DNA of 64,000 bases from an uncultured Bacteroidales bacterium (GTDB lineage: Bacteria; Bacteroidota; Bacteroidia; Bacteroidales; UBA4417). The stretch lies in assembly GCA_903946925.1 (NCBI GenBank), contig CAJAXK010000259.1, positions 4,286 through 68,285 on the forward strand, in the 5' to 3' direction. Positions 28,300 through 37,908 of this stretch are shown piece by piece (positions within the stretch are counted from its first letter, which is position 1; every line of letters starts with the position of its first letter). Position numbers and translations under genes: made by a program. The notes under the pieces were generated by a model. It saw only the letters and a list, made by a program, of their open reading frames with translations. It was not told the DNA's origin and searched no databases.

Positions 28300-28455
28300 A
28301 GTTACATCCTCATTTTTTATTTGGCAGTTTAGTCCTGTTGTAATATATTTGTTTTTTCAAATCAGATCATTTTCTTAACTTTTATTGTTTGGCCAAATTT
28401 GCGCTTGCGTTGATGTTGGGCTTTTTGTAAAACAATATCAATCAACAGTCCACCA

Positions 28456-29178
28456 ATGACAAGGCAAATTTCGAAAGCCATTCTTTTGCTTATAATTGTA
28501 TTCAATTGCATCACTGCTTTTTCGGCTCTTTACAAACCTGTGCCAATCGATTCTGTTGATTACAATCGCATTTCGTATAAAAAAGTGCGCAGACTTATCT
28601 CGCTGCAAAAACATTTTGGATTAAAAACTTTTGCCGAAATACATCCGGTTTGTTATAATGATCAGGACTCCAGCAACTTCAGGGTTTATAAAAAATCGCA
28701 GCTTATTAAACAAAACATCGAGGTAGTATGGGATAACCTTATCAATCAATCACCGAGTTCTGAATTCGATGGCAGGATTGTTACTTTTGGCATGTTATAT
28801 TCCAAAAAATGCAATAATATCCTGTATAACAACGAGCCCTCCACAGGGCTTGAAGAAGGACAGGTCTTGTTTTTTAACCTCAGGGTTTTAAGCGGGATAA
28901 AAAACCTCGCTGTTGCACTCGAAGTTACAAACCTGGATCGTGAAAACAAGATTGTGGAATATTGTTATGTGGAACATGGCGATACAAAAGGCACACAGCG
29001 GTTTTCATTAACCACAACAGCCGAAGGCTTCACTGAAATTACCCAGTTTACCAGGTACAAATGCAACTCAAGGTTCAGGGATCGCAGGCTTTATTCTTTT
29101 TTTCACGAACGTATTGTCAAAGAGTTTTTCCGAAAAATAAAATCTCAAAGCGAGAACGTAAAGCACACTGCTATTTAG
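28456..29178 (+). CDS. Hypothetical protein with N-terminal signal/anchor
   Basis: 240-aa ORF. N-terminal hydrophobic 'AILLLIIVFNCITAFSA'. No family recognised. Confidence 0.55.
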   Translation: MTRQISKAILLLIIVFNCITAFSALYKPVPIDSVDYNRISYKKVRRLISLQKHFGLKTFAEIHPVCYNDQDSSNFRVYKKSQLIKQNIEVVWDNLINQSPSSEFDGRIVTFGMLYSKKCNNILYNNEPSTGLEEGQVLFFNLRVLSGIKNLAVALEVTNLDRENKIVEYCYVEHGDTKGTQRFSLTTTAEGFTEITQFTRYKCNSRFRDRRLYSFFHERIVKEFFRKIKSQSENVKHTAI

Positions 29179-29583
29179 GGCCTGTGCATAAAGCCAAGTT
29201 TTATTTGCGATTGAAGATTGACAAATAGCCCAGGAAAAAATATTTAATAAATTTTAAACAAAACTATGTTTATTGATATATCTTTGCAAGGTGATAAACA
29301 AGTAGTTGCCATATTAAATTTAGAAATAAAAACATGACAACCAACGCCGCTTCTATCATCAATACGCCTTATTTTAACTTTGAGCATTCAAACCACAAAC
29401 AATAGTCTGAACGAAAGATTAATTCTCGATACATAAAAAGCTTTTTTAGGCTAAATTTACGGATTCAATACCAGATATGATTCTGGCCATAACAAAAAAA
29501 CAGTTCTATTGTAAGTCGCTTCTTCGCCACATTTCAATTCATAAAACCTAAACTCATATTACTAAACTTTACAAACATTAACT

Positions 29584-32500
29584 ATGAAAACGAAATACTT
29601 ACTTGTAGTATCAACCTTTCTTTTTCTTTGTTTTTTTAATTCCAAATCTGTTTCGGGCCAATCAGTAGTGCTAACATCACCAGCAGCAGGTTCAACATTT
29701 ATTACCAGTTCAATTGTTGGGCTTGTGGCCGAAATTACAAACCCGACCTATCTACACATAACCAATTCGCTAACAGGGTATCGAAAACTCAAAATTGGAT
29801 ATAGTTCAGTTAACATGTATAGCCCCATGTACGATGTCCTCAATGGCGGCAATACTACCATGGAAATTACCTTGTGCAACTTTGGCCCAACTGTTGATTG
29901 GAGCAAACTGTCTGTAAGGCCACAAGGCAATACCACAACTCCGGTTCTATTGGCTCCTTATGTTGCCGCTGCCGGTGGAATTGGTATTTCGTGGAAAACT
30001 ATTTCAATCCCGCTTACAGCTTTTAACCCAACCATTAATTTCTCGCAAATTTCGTTGATCGAACTTCCATATAGTTCCAATGCAGGTTCATTTGATATTG
30101 GTATTAGCAAAATTGCTTTCACAGGAGGCAGTAGCCCTTTCGTTTGGTTTGGGCCCGGCCATACCAATAATATCCACAATGGTAATGGCGGAAGTGGGGA
30201 ATTGGTTGCTCAACTTGTAACCCCCGCTGTAGGCAGTGTTGCTGTTGACCTTGTAGAGTTTTATATTGGTAGCGAGTTGATCAGTACTTCGGTTAATGTG
30301 CCTTACACTTGTAGTTATACGACCGGGGCAACCGGAACCTTTGGCCTTTCGGCAATTGCAAAGTATGTTGATGGTTCTTCAATTACAACGGCTATTGTGG
30401 ATATTTCAGTAATACCACAACCTGTAAGCCAGTTAAATGTTGCAATAACAAGCCCTTTGGCAGGAAACAATTATAACAGCCCTACGGATGTACTGGTAAC
30501 AGCCGGAATTACTGGTTATTCAAATGCTGATCCGGCATGGATACATATTACCAACACTCAAACTGGTTACCGTAAGCTCAAGCTCGGGTTTAGTTCGGGC
30601 AGTTTGTATTCCCCGCTTCAAAATGTGGTTGCAGGTGGCAACACAACAATGGAAATTACATTAAAAGACATTTTGGGCAATACCAACTGGAACAAAATAC
30701 AGGTGAGGCCACAAAGCGCAACAACTCTTCCTGTTAGCCTTGCCCCATATATTGCTGCGGTTGGTGGTGTTGGCAATGAGTGGAAAACCATTTCAATTCC
30801 TTTATCCGCCTTCGATCCTTCGGTTAACTTTAGCCAACTTTCGCTAATCGAACTTCCGTATAGCTTGAGTGCCGGAAATTTGGATATGGGAATACAGCAA
30901 ATTCGTTTTACTGGCGGAACCACCCCATTTGTTTGGTTTGGAGGCACAAAAACCGATAATTTGCATAATGGTAATGGAGGTGCCGGCGAGTTAGTAGCTA
31001 CCGTCATACCCTCAGCACCTGGAGGCCCAAGTGTTGACCATATCGATTTCTATATGGACAATGTTTTAATTGGTTCCGATAATATTACGCCCTTCGAATA
31101 TCTGGTGTCGAATCCTGCGGTCGGCGAGCACACTTTACAAGCCAAACTAACCGATAATGCAGGGCTAACCAAACAGTCGGATCCGGTAAACATAGTAATT
31201 AACGAAACAACGCCCAATACAGTAACGCTCACAGTTTTATTCGATCAGGCTCCTGCCAATGTTACTGTACAGAAATCAGCTTTGCGTTATAATAAAGATT
31301 TTGCCTACAGTTTTACCCTCGATGATGGGCTGATTGATGCTTATACGGTTGCTTTCCCACTATTAAATGGCGGTTTGGTTACAGGGAACAACATTGTTTA
31401 TCCAGGCTATTTTTACAGCGATGGATGCGGGAATGCTATTCCTTTTTCGGCAGGTTTATCCTGGTATTCGGTAAATTCAGCCGGTAACGATTTGCATATA
31501 AATACACCATCGTATATAACCTGGGGGCAGCTAACTACCATGTACAATGCGGGTTGGAATGTTTTTAACCACAGCTATTCGCATGCAGCGTATGGCACAA
31601 CCGATTATGTAAGCCAAATTGTGCTTAATACCAACTATGTGAAAACCAAGTGTGGTATTGATATGCCCCATTTTGTGATACCTTCGGGCGATCAGGGCTA
31701 TGTTCTGCCGGCATTTGCCAATGGTATGCTTACAGTAAACGGAAACAATGGTGCATTCAGGGGTTCGCCTTCGGGATACAGGATCGATCAACCCATTGAT
31801 TTCAATAATTTTAAATTGTTTAAAATGCTTGTAAGCGATGCCAACCAGAACACGGCCAACATCATGCAGAAAATAAACACCGCTGCCTCAACGAGTATAA
31901 ATGGCCAGCATTATTGGTGGAGCGATTTTACACACCATGTCGGGTTTCAGTCTTCCGGTTCGAGTTTGCTCTTTCCATTATTCCAGTATTATATGGAAAA
32001 TGTGGCTCAACAATATGGCATTACTGGTGCCGACAATATGTGGATGGCACCAACGCAAGATGTTTACGAATATTTAAGTACCCGCGACAATAGCGTGATT
32101 AGCCAAACACTTAATGGGAACACACTAACCATTACCATTGATTACGCCGCCGTACCGACCAACCTTCGCACCAATGCACTCACCTTGGCCATTCAATCCG
32201 ACCAAAATTATACCAGTGTTCTCGCAAATGGCGCTCAAGGCATGAGTTTTAATGGTGTGGGAGCAAATAAAATTATTAATGTAAATTGGGGCAGCCCTGC
32301 CCTGAAAGCAGCGGTAACCAATGCTCCCGAAGCCAACCTGACTGTGCCTTTGCTAAAAGATGAAGAAATTTCTGTTTATCCAAACCCTTTTGCCGATAGG
32401 GTACAAATTAAGTATAATCAGCCGGTTGAAGGTGAAATTTATTTTCAATTGGTTGATATGGGCGGTAAAACCGTGTTTAGCAAAACCATAAACCAAGCTT

Positions 32501-32640
32501 TAGGCGAATCAACATTTATTCTGGATTTTAATTCTGCAAACCTAAAGCCTGGAAATTATTTGCTTAGCACAAAAAATGGACAAAAAACAGTCCCTTCGGT
32601 TAAAGTAATAAAAGTGCAGACAATGCTATTTTATGAGTAA
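29584..32640 (+). CDS. T9SS cargo: two N-terminal repeat modules, polysaccharide deacetylase (CE4/NodB-like) domain and C-terminal sorting domain
   Basis: 1018 aa with a signal peptide. 'FAYSFTLDDG' and 'NHSYSH' are NodB-type motifs. C-terminal 'ISVYPNPFADRVQIKYNQ...' is a type A T9SS CTD. Confidence 0.85.
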   Translation: MKTKYLLVVSTFLFLCFFNSKSVSGQSVVLTSPAAGSTFITSSIVGLVAEITNPTYLHITNSLTGYRKLKIGYSSVNMYSPMYDVLNGGNTTMEITLCNFGPTVDWSKLSVRPQGNTTTPVLLAPYVAAAGGIGISWKTISIPLTAFNPTINFSQISLIELPYSSNAGSFDIGISKIAFTGGSSPFVWFGPGHTNNIHNGNGGSGELVAQLVTPAVGSVAVDLVEFYIGSELISTSVNVPYTCSYTTGATGTFGLSAIAKYVDGSSITTAIVDISVIPQPVSQLNVAITSPLAGNNYNSPTDVLVTAGITGYSNADPAWIHITNTQTGYRKLKLGFSSGSLYSPLQNVVAGGNTTMEITLKDILGNTNWNKIQVRPQSATTLPVSLAPYIAAVGGVGNEWKTISIPLSAFDPSVNFSQLSLIELPYSLSAGNLDMGIQQIRFTGGTTPFVWFGGTKTDNLHNGNGGAGELVATVIPSAPGGPSVDHIDFYMDNVLIGSDNITPFEYLVSNPAVGEHTLQAKLTDNAGLTKQSDPVNIVINETTPNTVTLTVLFDQAPANVTVQKSALRYNKDFAYSFTLDDGLIDAYTVAFPLLNGGLVTGNNIVYPGYFYSDGCGNAIPFSAGLSWYSVNSAGNDLHINTPSYITWGQLTTMYNAGWNVFNHSYSHAAYGTTDYVSQIVLNTNYVKTKCGIDMPHFVIPSGDQGYVLPAFANGMLTVNGNNGAFRGSPSGYRIDQPIDFNNFKLFKMLVSDANQNTANIMQKINTAASTSINGQHYWWSDFTHHVGFQSSGSSLLFPLFQYYMENVAQQYGITGADNMWMAPTQDVYEYLSTRDNSVISQTLNGNTLTITIDYAAVPTNLRTNALTLAIQSDQNYTSVLANGAQGMSFNGVGANKIINVNWGSPALKAAVTNAPEANLTVPLLKDEEISVYPNPFADRVQIKYNQPVEGEIYFQLVDMGGKTVFSKTINQALGESTFILDFNSANLKPGNYLLSTKNGQKTVPSVKVIKVQTMLFYE

Positions 32641-32769
32641 AGCAAACCTAGTCTGAAAAAAATATCAATTAATGTTATTATATTCGAGATATGTTTTTTC
32701 AGATTGGGAAATTCATTCAAATACAGGTTATTGTATTTCCCTCTTCGTTCTTTTAAAATCACAAATTTT

Positions 32770-34248
32770 ATGAAATCTATTTCACTTTTTGGCTTGGCCT
32801 TTATCTTATGTTTTCAATTGTTTGCCCAACAAGCAGTTACTTTGCACCCTTCCGATAGCTTAACGCTTACGGTAACTTTCAACAACCCACCTACAAGTGT
32901 TAGCGTAGAAAAAGCAGCACTGCGGTACAACAAGGATTTTGCCTATAGTTTTATCCTCGACGATGGGCTTATTGATGCCTACACGGCTGCGTTCCCTTTG
33001 CTCAACGGCGGGCTTGTGGTGGGTAACAACACTATATATCCTGGATATTTTTATAGCGATGGCTGCGGTAATGCAATCCCTTTTTCGGCTGGATTGTCAT
33101 GGTATTCGGTTAATGCAGCCGGAAACGACCTGCATGTTAATACACCGAGCTATGTGACCTGGGATCAGCTCAAAACCATGTACCAAGCCGGATGGACAGT
33201 GTTAAACCACAGCTACTCGCACATAGCAAACGATACTTCAATAAATTATGTGTATCAGATTAACCAAAATACTGCTTACGTAAAAACAAAATCAGGTATT
33301 GACCTAAGCCATTTTGTGCCACCAGCCGGGGATCAAAACTACGTGGCTCCTGCTTTCGCCAATGGAATGTTGAGCGTTACAGGCAACAATAGTTCGTATA
33401 ACGGTTTCCCCGATGGGTACAGGATCGACCAACAGGTTGATTTGACCAATTTTAAACTATTCAAAATGTTGATTAGTGATGCCAATCAGAATATCGGCAA
33501 CATCATGCAGAAAATTGATACCGTTGCTGCAAGAAGCGTTAACGGCAAGCATTATTGGTGGAATGATTTTACCCACCATGTTGGGTTTACTTCTTCGGGT
33601 GCAAGCCTGCTTTTCCCTTTATTCCAGTTTTATATGGAGAATATTGCTTTACAATACGGCATTAATGGCTCCGACAATATTTGGATGGCTCCAAACCAGT
33701 ATGTTATGGAATACATAAACGTGCGGGATAAAAGTATTTTGAGTTACTCGCTTTCGGGGGATGAACTAAAAATAAAAATAAATTATTCAAATGTGCCTGA
33801 CAATATGCGGGTAAATGCGTTAACTCTTGTTGTACAGTCTGATCAGGATTTTAATTCGGTTGATGCCGATGGTTTGCAAAGCCTCACTTACAAAGGAACT
33901 GGCGACAATAAACTTATCAATTTGCAATGGGGCGATATTACTACCGGCATTAAAGAAGTTGAAAAAGGCGAAGGCCCAACCCCTGACAATATCCGTATCC
34001 ATCCAAACCCGTTCATTGATAAATTCTATGTTGATTTCGATGAGGCAAAACCAGGAAATTTTTGTTTTGAACTACACGATATAACAGGGAAAAAAGTTTT
34101 CGACAAATCCGTAAACCTACCTGAAGGCAAGTCAGCCATCGAATTCGATTTACACGGAACCGACCTTCAACCGGGCATTTACATCCTGAAAACAATTAGC
34201 GGCGGTAAAGAACTCACCTCACAGAAAGTAATAAAGGGGACCGAATAA
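32770..34248 (+). CDS. T9SS cargo: polysaccharide deacetylase (CE4/NodB-like), short paralogue of the preceding gene
   Basis: ATG 32770 gives signal 'MKSISLFGLAFILCFQLFAQQ'. 'FAYSFILDDG' and 'NHSYSH' are present. CTD 'IRIHPNPFIDKFYVDF'. Collinear with the C-terminal half of 29584..32640. Confidence 0.85.
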   Translation: MKSISLFGLAFILCFQLFAQQAVTLHPSDSLTLTVTFNNPPTSVSVEKAALRYNKDFAYSFILDDGLIDAYTAAFPLLNGGLVVGNNTIYPGYFYSDGCGNAIPFSAGLSWYSVNAAGNDLHVNTPSYVTWDQLKTMYQAGWTVLNHSYSHIANDTSINYVYQINQNTAYVKTKSGIDLSHFVPPAGDQNYVAPAFANGMLSVTGNNSSYNGFPDGYRIDQQVDLTNFKLFKMLISDANQNIGNIMQKIDTVAARSVNGKHYWWNDFTHHVGFTSSGASLLFPLFQFYMENIALQYGINGSDNIWMAPNQYVMEYINVRDKSILSYSLSGDELKIKINYSNVPDNMRVNALTLVVQSDQDFNSVDADGLQSLTYKGTGDNKLINLQWGDITTGIKEVEKGEGPTPDNIRIHPNPFIDKFYVDFDEAKPGNFCFELHDITGKKVFDKSVNLPEGKSAIEFDLHGTDLQPGIYILKTISGGKELTSQKVIKGTE

Positions 34249-34572
34249 GCACAATTATAGCCTAATGCAAATTAAGTACTTGTAATTTTGATGATGGTTC
34301 TTTGGTGAGGGACTGTCAGGCTTTAGGCTGTTAGTGTAATTCTTAGGCAAATATTGCTTTTTTATTGAAATCATGTAAATGAGATAAAACCAATGTTTTA
34401 AAATCCCCTAAAATCTTTAAGGGTTTTTATTTATACCTAAAATACAGTGTGTTATATTAATTTTTTCATTTAAAAATAGGTAATTTGAAATCTGTGAAAT
34501 AGTTCGACCCTGCTCACCACAGGTCATTGGCATAAAAAAATAAGTTTGCAGTTTCAAGGATTAAAAAAACAA

Positions 34573-34690
34573 CCAAGGAGGCACTGCGAACATACTGAAA
34601 AGCACTGCGAATAAACTCCGTGTTCCTCAGTGGACTCACTGCTGCTTCGGCAGGCTCAGCACAACGCTCCGTGGTAAAACTTGAAATCTG
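34573..34690 (+). repeat. Diverged relative of the MITE-like repeat family
   Basis: 'AGGAGGCACTGCGAA...CTCCGTGTTCCTCAGTGG...GCTTCGGCAGGCTCAGC...CTCCGTGGTAAAAC' shares blocks with copies at 50411 ('CTCTGTGTTCCTCTGTG', 'CTCCGTGGTTTCC') and 8990 ('CTTCGGCGTGAGCTCAGCC'). Confidence 0.4.
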
Positions 34691-34866
34691 CATGTTGCAA
34701 ATTACCCCGTTTTTTGCATAAATTGTAAGCTTTTGAGTAAAATGGTGGTATGGTATTTATCGAAGCTGGAATTGCCAGAAGAAACTCATTTTACAAAATT
34801 TCCGTGTTATACTGAAAGATAAAAAAAAGTATGCAAAAAGCATCAATAGTATGGGCAAAATTCGTT

Positions 34867-34874
34867 TACATTTG
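34867..34874 (+). promoter_or_regulatory. Bacteroidota -7 promoter box (TAnnTTTG)
   Basis: 'TACATTTG', 33 nt upstream of ATG 34907 (pntAA). Confidence 0.5.
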
Positions 34875-34906
34875 CTTCAAACAAATCCCTAAAAAAACCT
34901 ACTGTT

Positions 34907-36034
34907 ATGACAATAGGAATACTTAAAGAAATCGCTGGTGAAAACCGGGTTGCCATGCTCCCCGAAAGTGTCGCCACGCTGGTTAAGATGAATGTAACCA
35001 TGCTTGTTGAAACCGGAGCTGGGCTTACTGCCTTTGCTTCGGATCAGGAATATGAGCAGGCGGGCGCACGAATCGAAACCAAAGCCAAAGTTATTGCAGG
35101 TGCCGAGCTGTTGATAAAAATCCAGCCACCAACTGCCGAAGAAATTGCCCTGATGAAAGATGGACAGGTTATCCTGGCAGTGCTAAACCCGTATTTTAAT
35201 ACTGGTTTGGTGCAGGAACTTGCTGCCAAAAACATTACCGGTTTCAGTATGGATGTTGTGCCCCGCACTTCACGTGCCCAGGCAATGGATATCCTTTCGT
35301 CAATGGCCACAGTTGCCGGTTACAAAGCTGTGCTGACCGCGGCTAACACCTTGCCCAAGTTTTTCCCAATGTTTATGACGGCTGCAGGAACCATCAAACC
35401 CGCCAATATGCTCATTTTGGGAGCTGGGGTAGCTGGGCTTCAGTCTATTGCAACTTCGCGAAAATTAGGTGCTGTGGTTTATGTTTTTGATGTCCGTGCT
35501 GCTGTTAAAGAAGAAGTTGTTGGCTTGGGAGGAAAGTTTGTAGAAGTGGCCGGTGCAATTGACGATAAAGCAGCCGGAGGGTATGCCGTTGAGCAAACCG
35601 ACGAATTCAAAGCACGTCAGGCTCAAGCCATACACGATCAAGCCGTAAAATCGGATGTGGTAATCTGCACTGCCCAAATCCCAGGCCGCCGCGCACCAGT
35701 ACTCCTTAAAAAGGAAACCGTTGAAGCGATGAAACCTGGTTCGGTAATCATTGACCTTGCAGCCTCAACTGGAGGAAATTGCGAACTCTGCAAAAATGAT
35801 GAAACTATTGTACACAATGGCGTGAAAATTATCGGCAATTCCCAATTCCCAACCGATATGCCTACCGATGCCAGCCGTATGTATGGCAAAAACATGATCA
35901 ATTTCCTTAAACTCATCATTACAAAAGAAGGGGCATTAAACCTGAATTGGGACGATGATATAGTGAAAGGCACAGCGGTTACACATGGCAAGGAAATAGT
36001 AAACGAGAGAGTAAAAACAATAATTAATTCATAA
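34907..36034 (+). CDS. pntA: NAD(P) transhydrogenase subunit alpha part 1
   Basis: 375 aa. Alanine-dehydrogenase/PNT fold with NAD Rossmann 'LILGAGVAGLQSIATSRKLGAVVYVFDVR'. Confidence 0.92.
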   Translation: MTIGILKEIAGENRVAMLPESVATLVKMNVTMLVETGAGLTAFASDQEYEQAGARIETKAKVIAGAELLIKIQPPTAEEIALMKDGQVILAVLNPYFNTGLVQELAAKNITGFSMDVVPRTSRAQAMDILSSMATVAGYKAVLTAANTLPKFFPMFMTAAGTIKPANMLILGAGVAGLQSIATSRKLGAVVYVFDVRAAVKEEVVGLGGKFVEVAGAIDDKAAGGYAVEQTDEFKARQAQAIHDQAVKSDVVICTAQIPGRRAPVLLKKETVEAMKPGSVIIDLAASTGGNCELCKNDETIVHNGVKIIGNSQFPTDMPTDASRMYGKNMINFLKLIITKEGALNLNWDDDIVKGTAVTHGKEIVNERVKTIINS

Positions 36035-36046
36035 TTAAAGTAAACT

Positions 36047-36352
36047 ATGGAAGATATCTTAAAATTTTTCCTCGAATACAAAGACATGATTTTCATCATA
36101 GTCCTTTCGGTATTTCTTGGGATAGAAGTTATTTCGCATGTGCCTGCTGTGTTGCATACCCCGCTTATGTCGGGTAGCAATGCCATACACGGGGTTGTGA
36201 TTATTGGTGCCATTATTGTAATGGGCCATGCCGAAAGCACACTCTCACTGATCCTCGGCTTTATAGCCGTGATTCTGGGAACGCTCAACGTTGTGGGTGG
36301 TTTTGTGGTTACCGATCGTATGCTCGAAATGTTTAAGAAAAAGAAAAATTAG
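36047..36352 (+). CDS. NAD(P) transhydrogenase subunit alpha part 2 (membrane)
   Basis: 101 aa with three TM helices. Sits between alpha-1 and beta as in split pntAA-pntAB-pntB operons. Confidence 0.9.
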   Translation: MEDILKFFLEYKDMIFIIVLSVFLGIEVISHVPAVLHTPLMSGSNAIHGVVIIGAIIVMGHAESTLSLILGFIAVILGTLNVVGGFVVTDRMLEMFKKKKN

Positions 36353-36363
36353 GAGGAAACATC

Positions 36364-37809
36364 ATGGAAACAATTACAACCTTCACCTCCGAACTCTCAA
36401 TCCTTGAGATTTCTTATCTGATCGCATCAATACTCTTTATCCTCGGTTTGAAAAAACTGAGCCATCCGGCTACGGCCCGTGCCGGCAACCTCTGGGCTGC
36501 CGCTGGTATGGGTGCAGCTATCCTATTTACCATCCTTTTCCATCAAAAAGACGGGCAACCAATCGGGAATATTATCTGGATTGTGGTGGCCCTTGCCATT
36601 GGAAGTTTTATTGGCTGGTATGCTTCTATTAAGGTTAAAATGACTGCCATGCCCCAAATGGTATCCATATTTAATGGTATGGGCGGTGCTTGTGCTGCAT
36701 TGATCTCGTTGATGGAATTCCCAAAAATGCAGAACCATCTTGCTTCGCTGCCTGAACCTGTCTCTAATATGCTTGGTGGCGAAGGTATTGCCATTTTGCT
36801 GGGTTTGATGATCGGTGGGGTTTCGTTTGCCGGTAGTATGATTGCCTTTGGTAAACTCGATGGACGTATTGGCGACATCAAACATCCGATATTGCGTATT
36901 GTAAACCTTACTTTCTTGGTAGTGCTTTTTGTGGCATTGTTCGTTATCCTGTTCATGAAACCTGAAGCCGACAACAACTTCCCAATTTACCTTTTTGCTT
37001 TGGCTGCCCTCATTTATGGGGTAACTTTTGTAATGCCGATTGGTGGTGCCGATATGCCTGTTGTAATTTCGTTACTGAATTCGTTTACTGGCGTAGCTGC
37101 TGCCATGGGTGGTTTCCTTTACGGCAACCAGGCCATGCTTACTGGCGGTATTTTGGTAGGCTCGTCAGGTACAATACTTACCATTTTGATGTGCAAGGCC
37201 ATGAACCGTTCGCTGCTCAATGTTATTATCGGAGCATTTGGCGTAGCTGGTGCCGGCGGTGTTGAAGCTACCGACAAAACAGTTAAGGAAATCTCGCTCA
37301 GCGATGCTGCTGTTTTGTTAAGCTATTCGCAGAAAGTTTTTATAGTTCCCGGTTACGGATTGGCTGTTGCACAAGCCCAGCACCTTTGTCACGAACTAGA
37401 CAACCTGCTTGCAAGCAAAGGCGTTGAGGTAAAATACGCTATCCATCCGGTTGCAGGACGTATGCCCGGCCACATGAACGTACTGTTGGCCGAAGCTGAT
37501 GTTCCGTACGAAAAACTGGTTGAAATGGAAGATGCCAACAACGAAATGTCGAACACCGATGTGGTTATCGTTATTGGTGCCAACGATGTTGTAAATCCTG
37601 CCGCCGAAGACGATCCATCAAGCCCGATTTACGGAATGCCGATTATCAAGGCATTGGATGCAAAGAATGTTATTGTTATGAAACGAAGTATGGCCGCCGG
37701 TTATGCTGCTATACCCAACAACTTGTTTTACCACGCTAAAAACCGTATGCTGTTTGGCGATGCAAAAGCCACTTTGCAGAAATTGGTTGCAGAAATCAAG
37801 AGTTTGTAA
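36364..37809 (+). CDS. pntB: NAD(P) transhydrogenase subunit beta
   Basis: 481 aa. Membrane domain followed by dIII NADP(H) domain 'PGYGLAVAQAQH...VVIVIGANDVVNPAA'. Confidence 0.92.
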   Translation: METITTFTSELSILEISYLIASILFILGLKKLSHPATARAGNLWAAAGMGAAILFTILFHQKDGQPIGNIIWIVVALAIGSFIGWYASIKVKMTAMPQMVSIFNGMGGACAALISLMEFPKMQNHLASLPEPVSNMLGGEGIAILLGLMIGGVSFAGSMIAFGKLDGRIGDIKHPILRIVNLTFLVVLFVALFVILFMKPEADNNFPIYLFALAALIYGVTFVMPIGGADMPVVISLLNSFTGVAAAMGGFLYGNQAMLTGGILVGSSGTILTILMCKAMNRSLLNVIIGAFGVAGAGGVEATDKTVKEISLSDAAVLLSYSQKVFIVPGYGLAVAQAQHLCHELDNLLASKGVEVKYAIHPVAGRMPGHMNVLLAEADVPYEKLVEMEDANNEMSNTDVVIVIGANDVVNPAAEDDPSSPIYGMPIIKALDAKNVIVMKRSMAAGYAAIPNNLFYHAKNRMLFGDAKATLQKLVAEIKSL

Positions 37810-37825
37810 ACCATTTCTTTTTTAT

Positions 37826-37866
37826 AAAAAATCCGGTAAGAGACAGTCTTTTACCGGATTTTTTTG
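37826..37866. terminator. Bidirectional rho-independent terminator
   Basis: 'AAAAAATCCGGTAA-GAGACAGTCTT-TTACCGGATTTTTT'. 9-bp core stem with an A-tract and a T-tract. Lies between convergent pntB and the Fic gene. Confidence 0.75.
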
Positions 37867-37908
37867 TTGGTTTAGTTAATTGCCTGTTGGCATTATGTTA
37901 TTTATTCA

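Noticed and set aside
29334-29405. 23-codon ORF (MTTNAASIINTPYFNFEHSNHKQ*) 48 nt downstream of a TAnnTTTG box (29279-29286), in the 400-bp leader of the large deacetylase gene.
   Set aside because: There is no supporting signal beyond an ATG and a stop. It is too short to judge from one sequence. It could be revisited with ribosome profiling or conservation data.
35638-36288. 216-aa ORF on the minus strand.
   Set aside because: It is entirely antisense to the well-supported pntAA/pntAB genes and has no motif. It is a typical shadow ORF. The same applies to 55149..55730, 55838..56320, 49542..50072, 18211..18708, 12940..13401, 36543..36977 and the other short antisense ORFs in the track.
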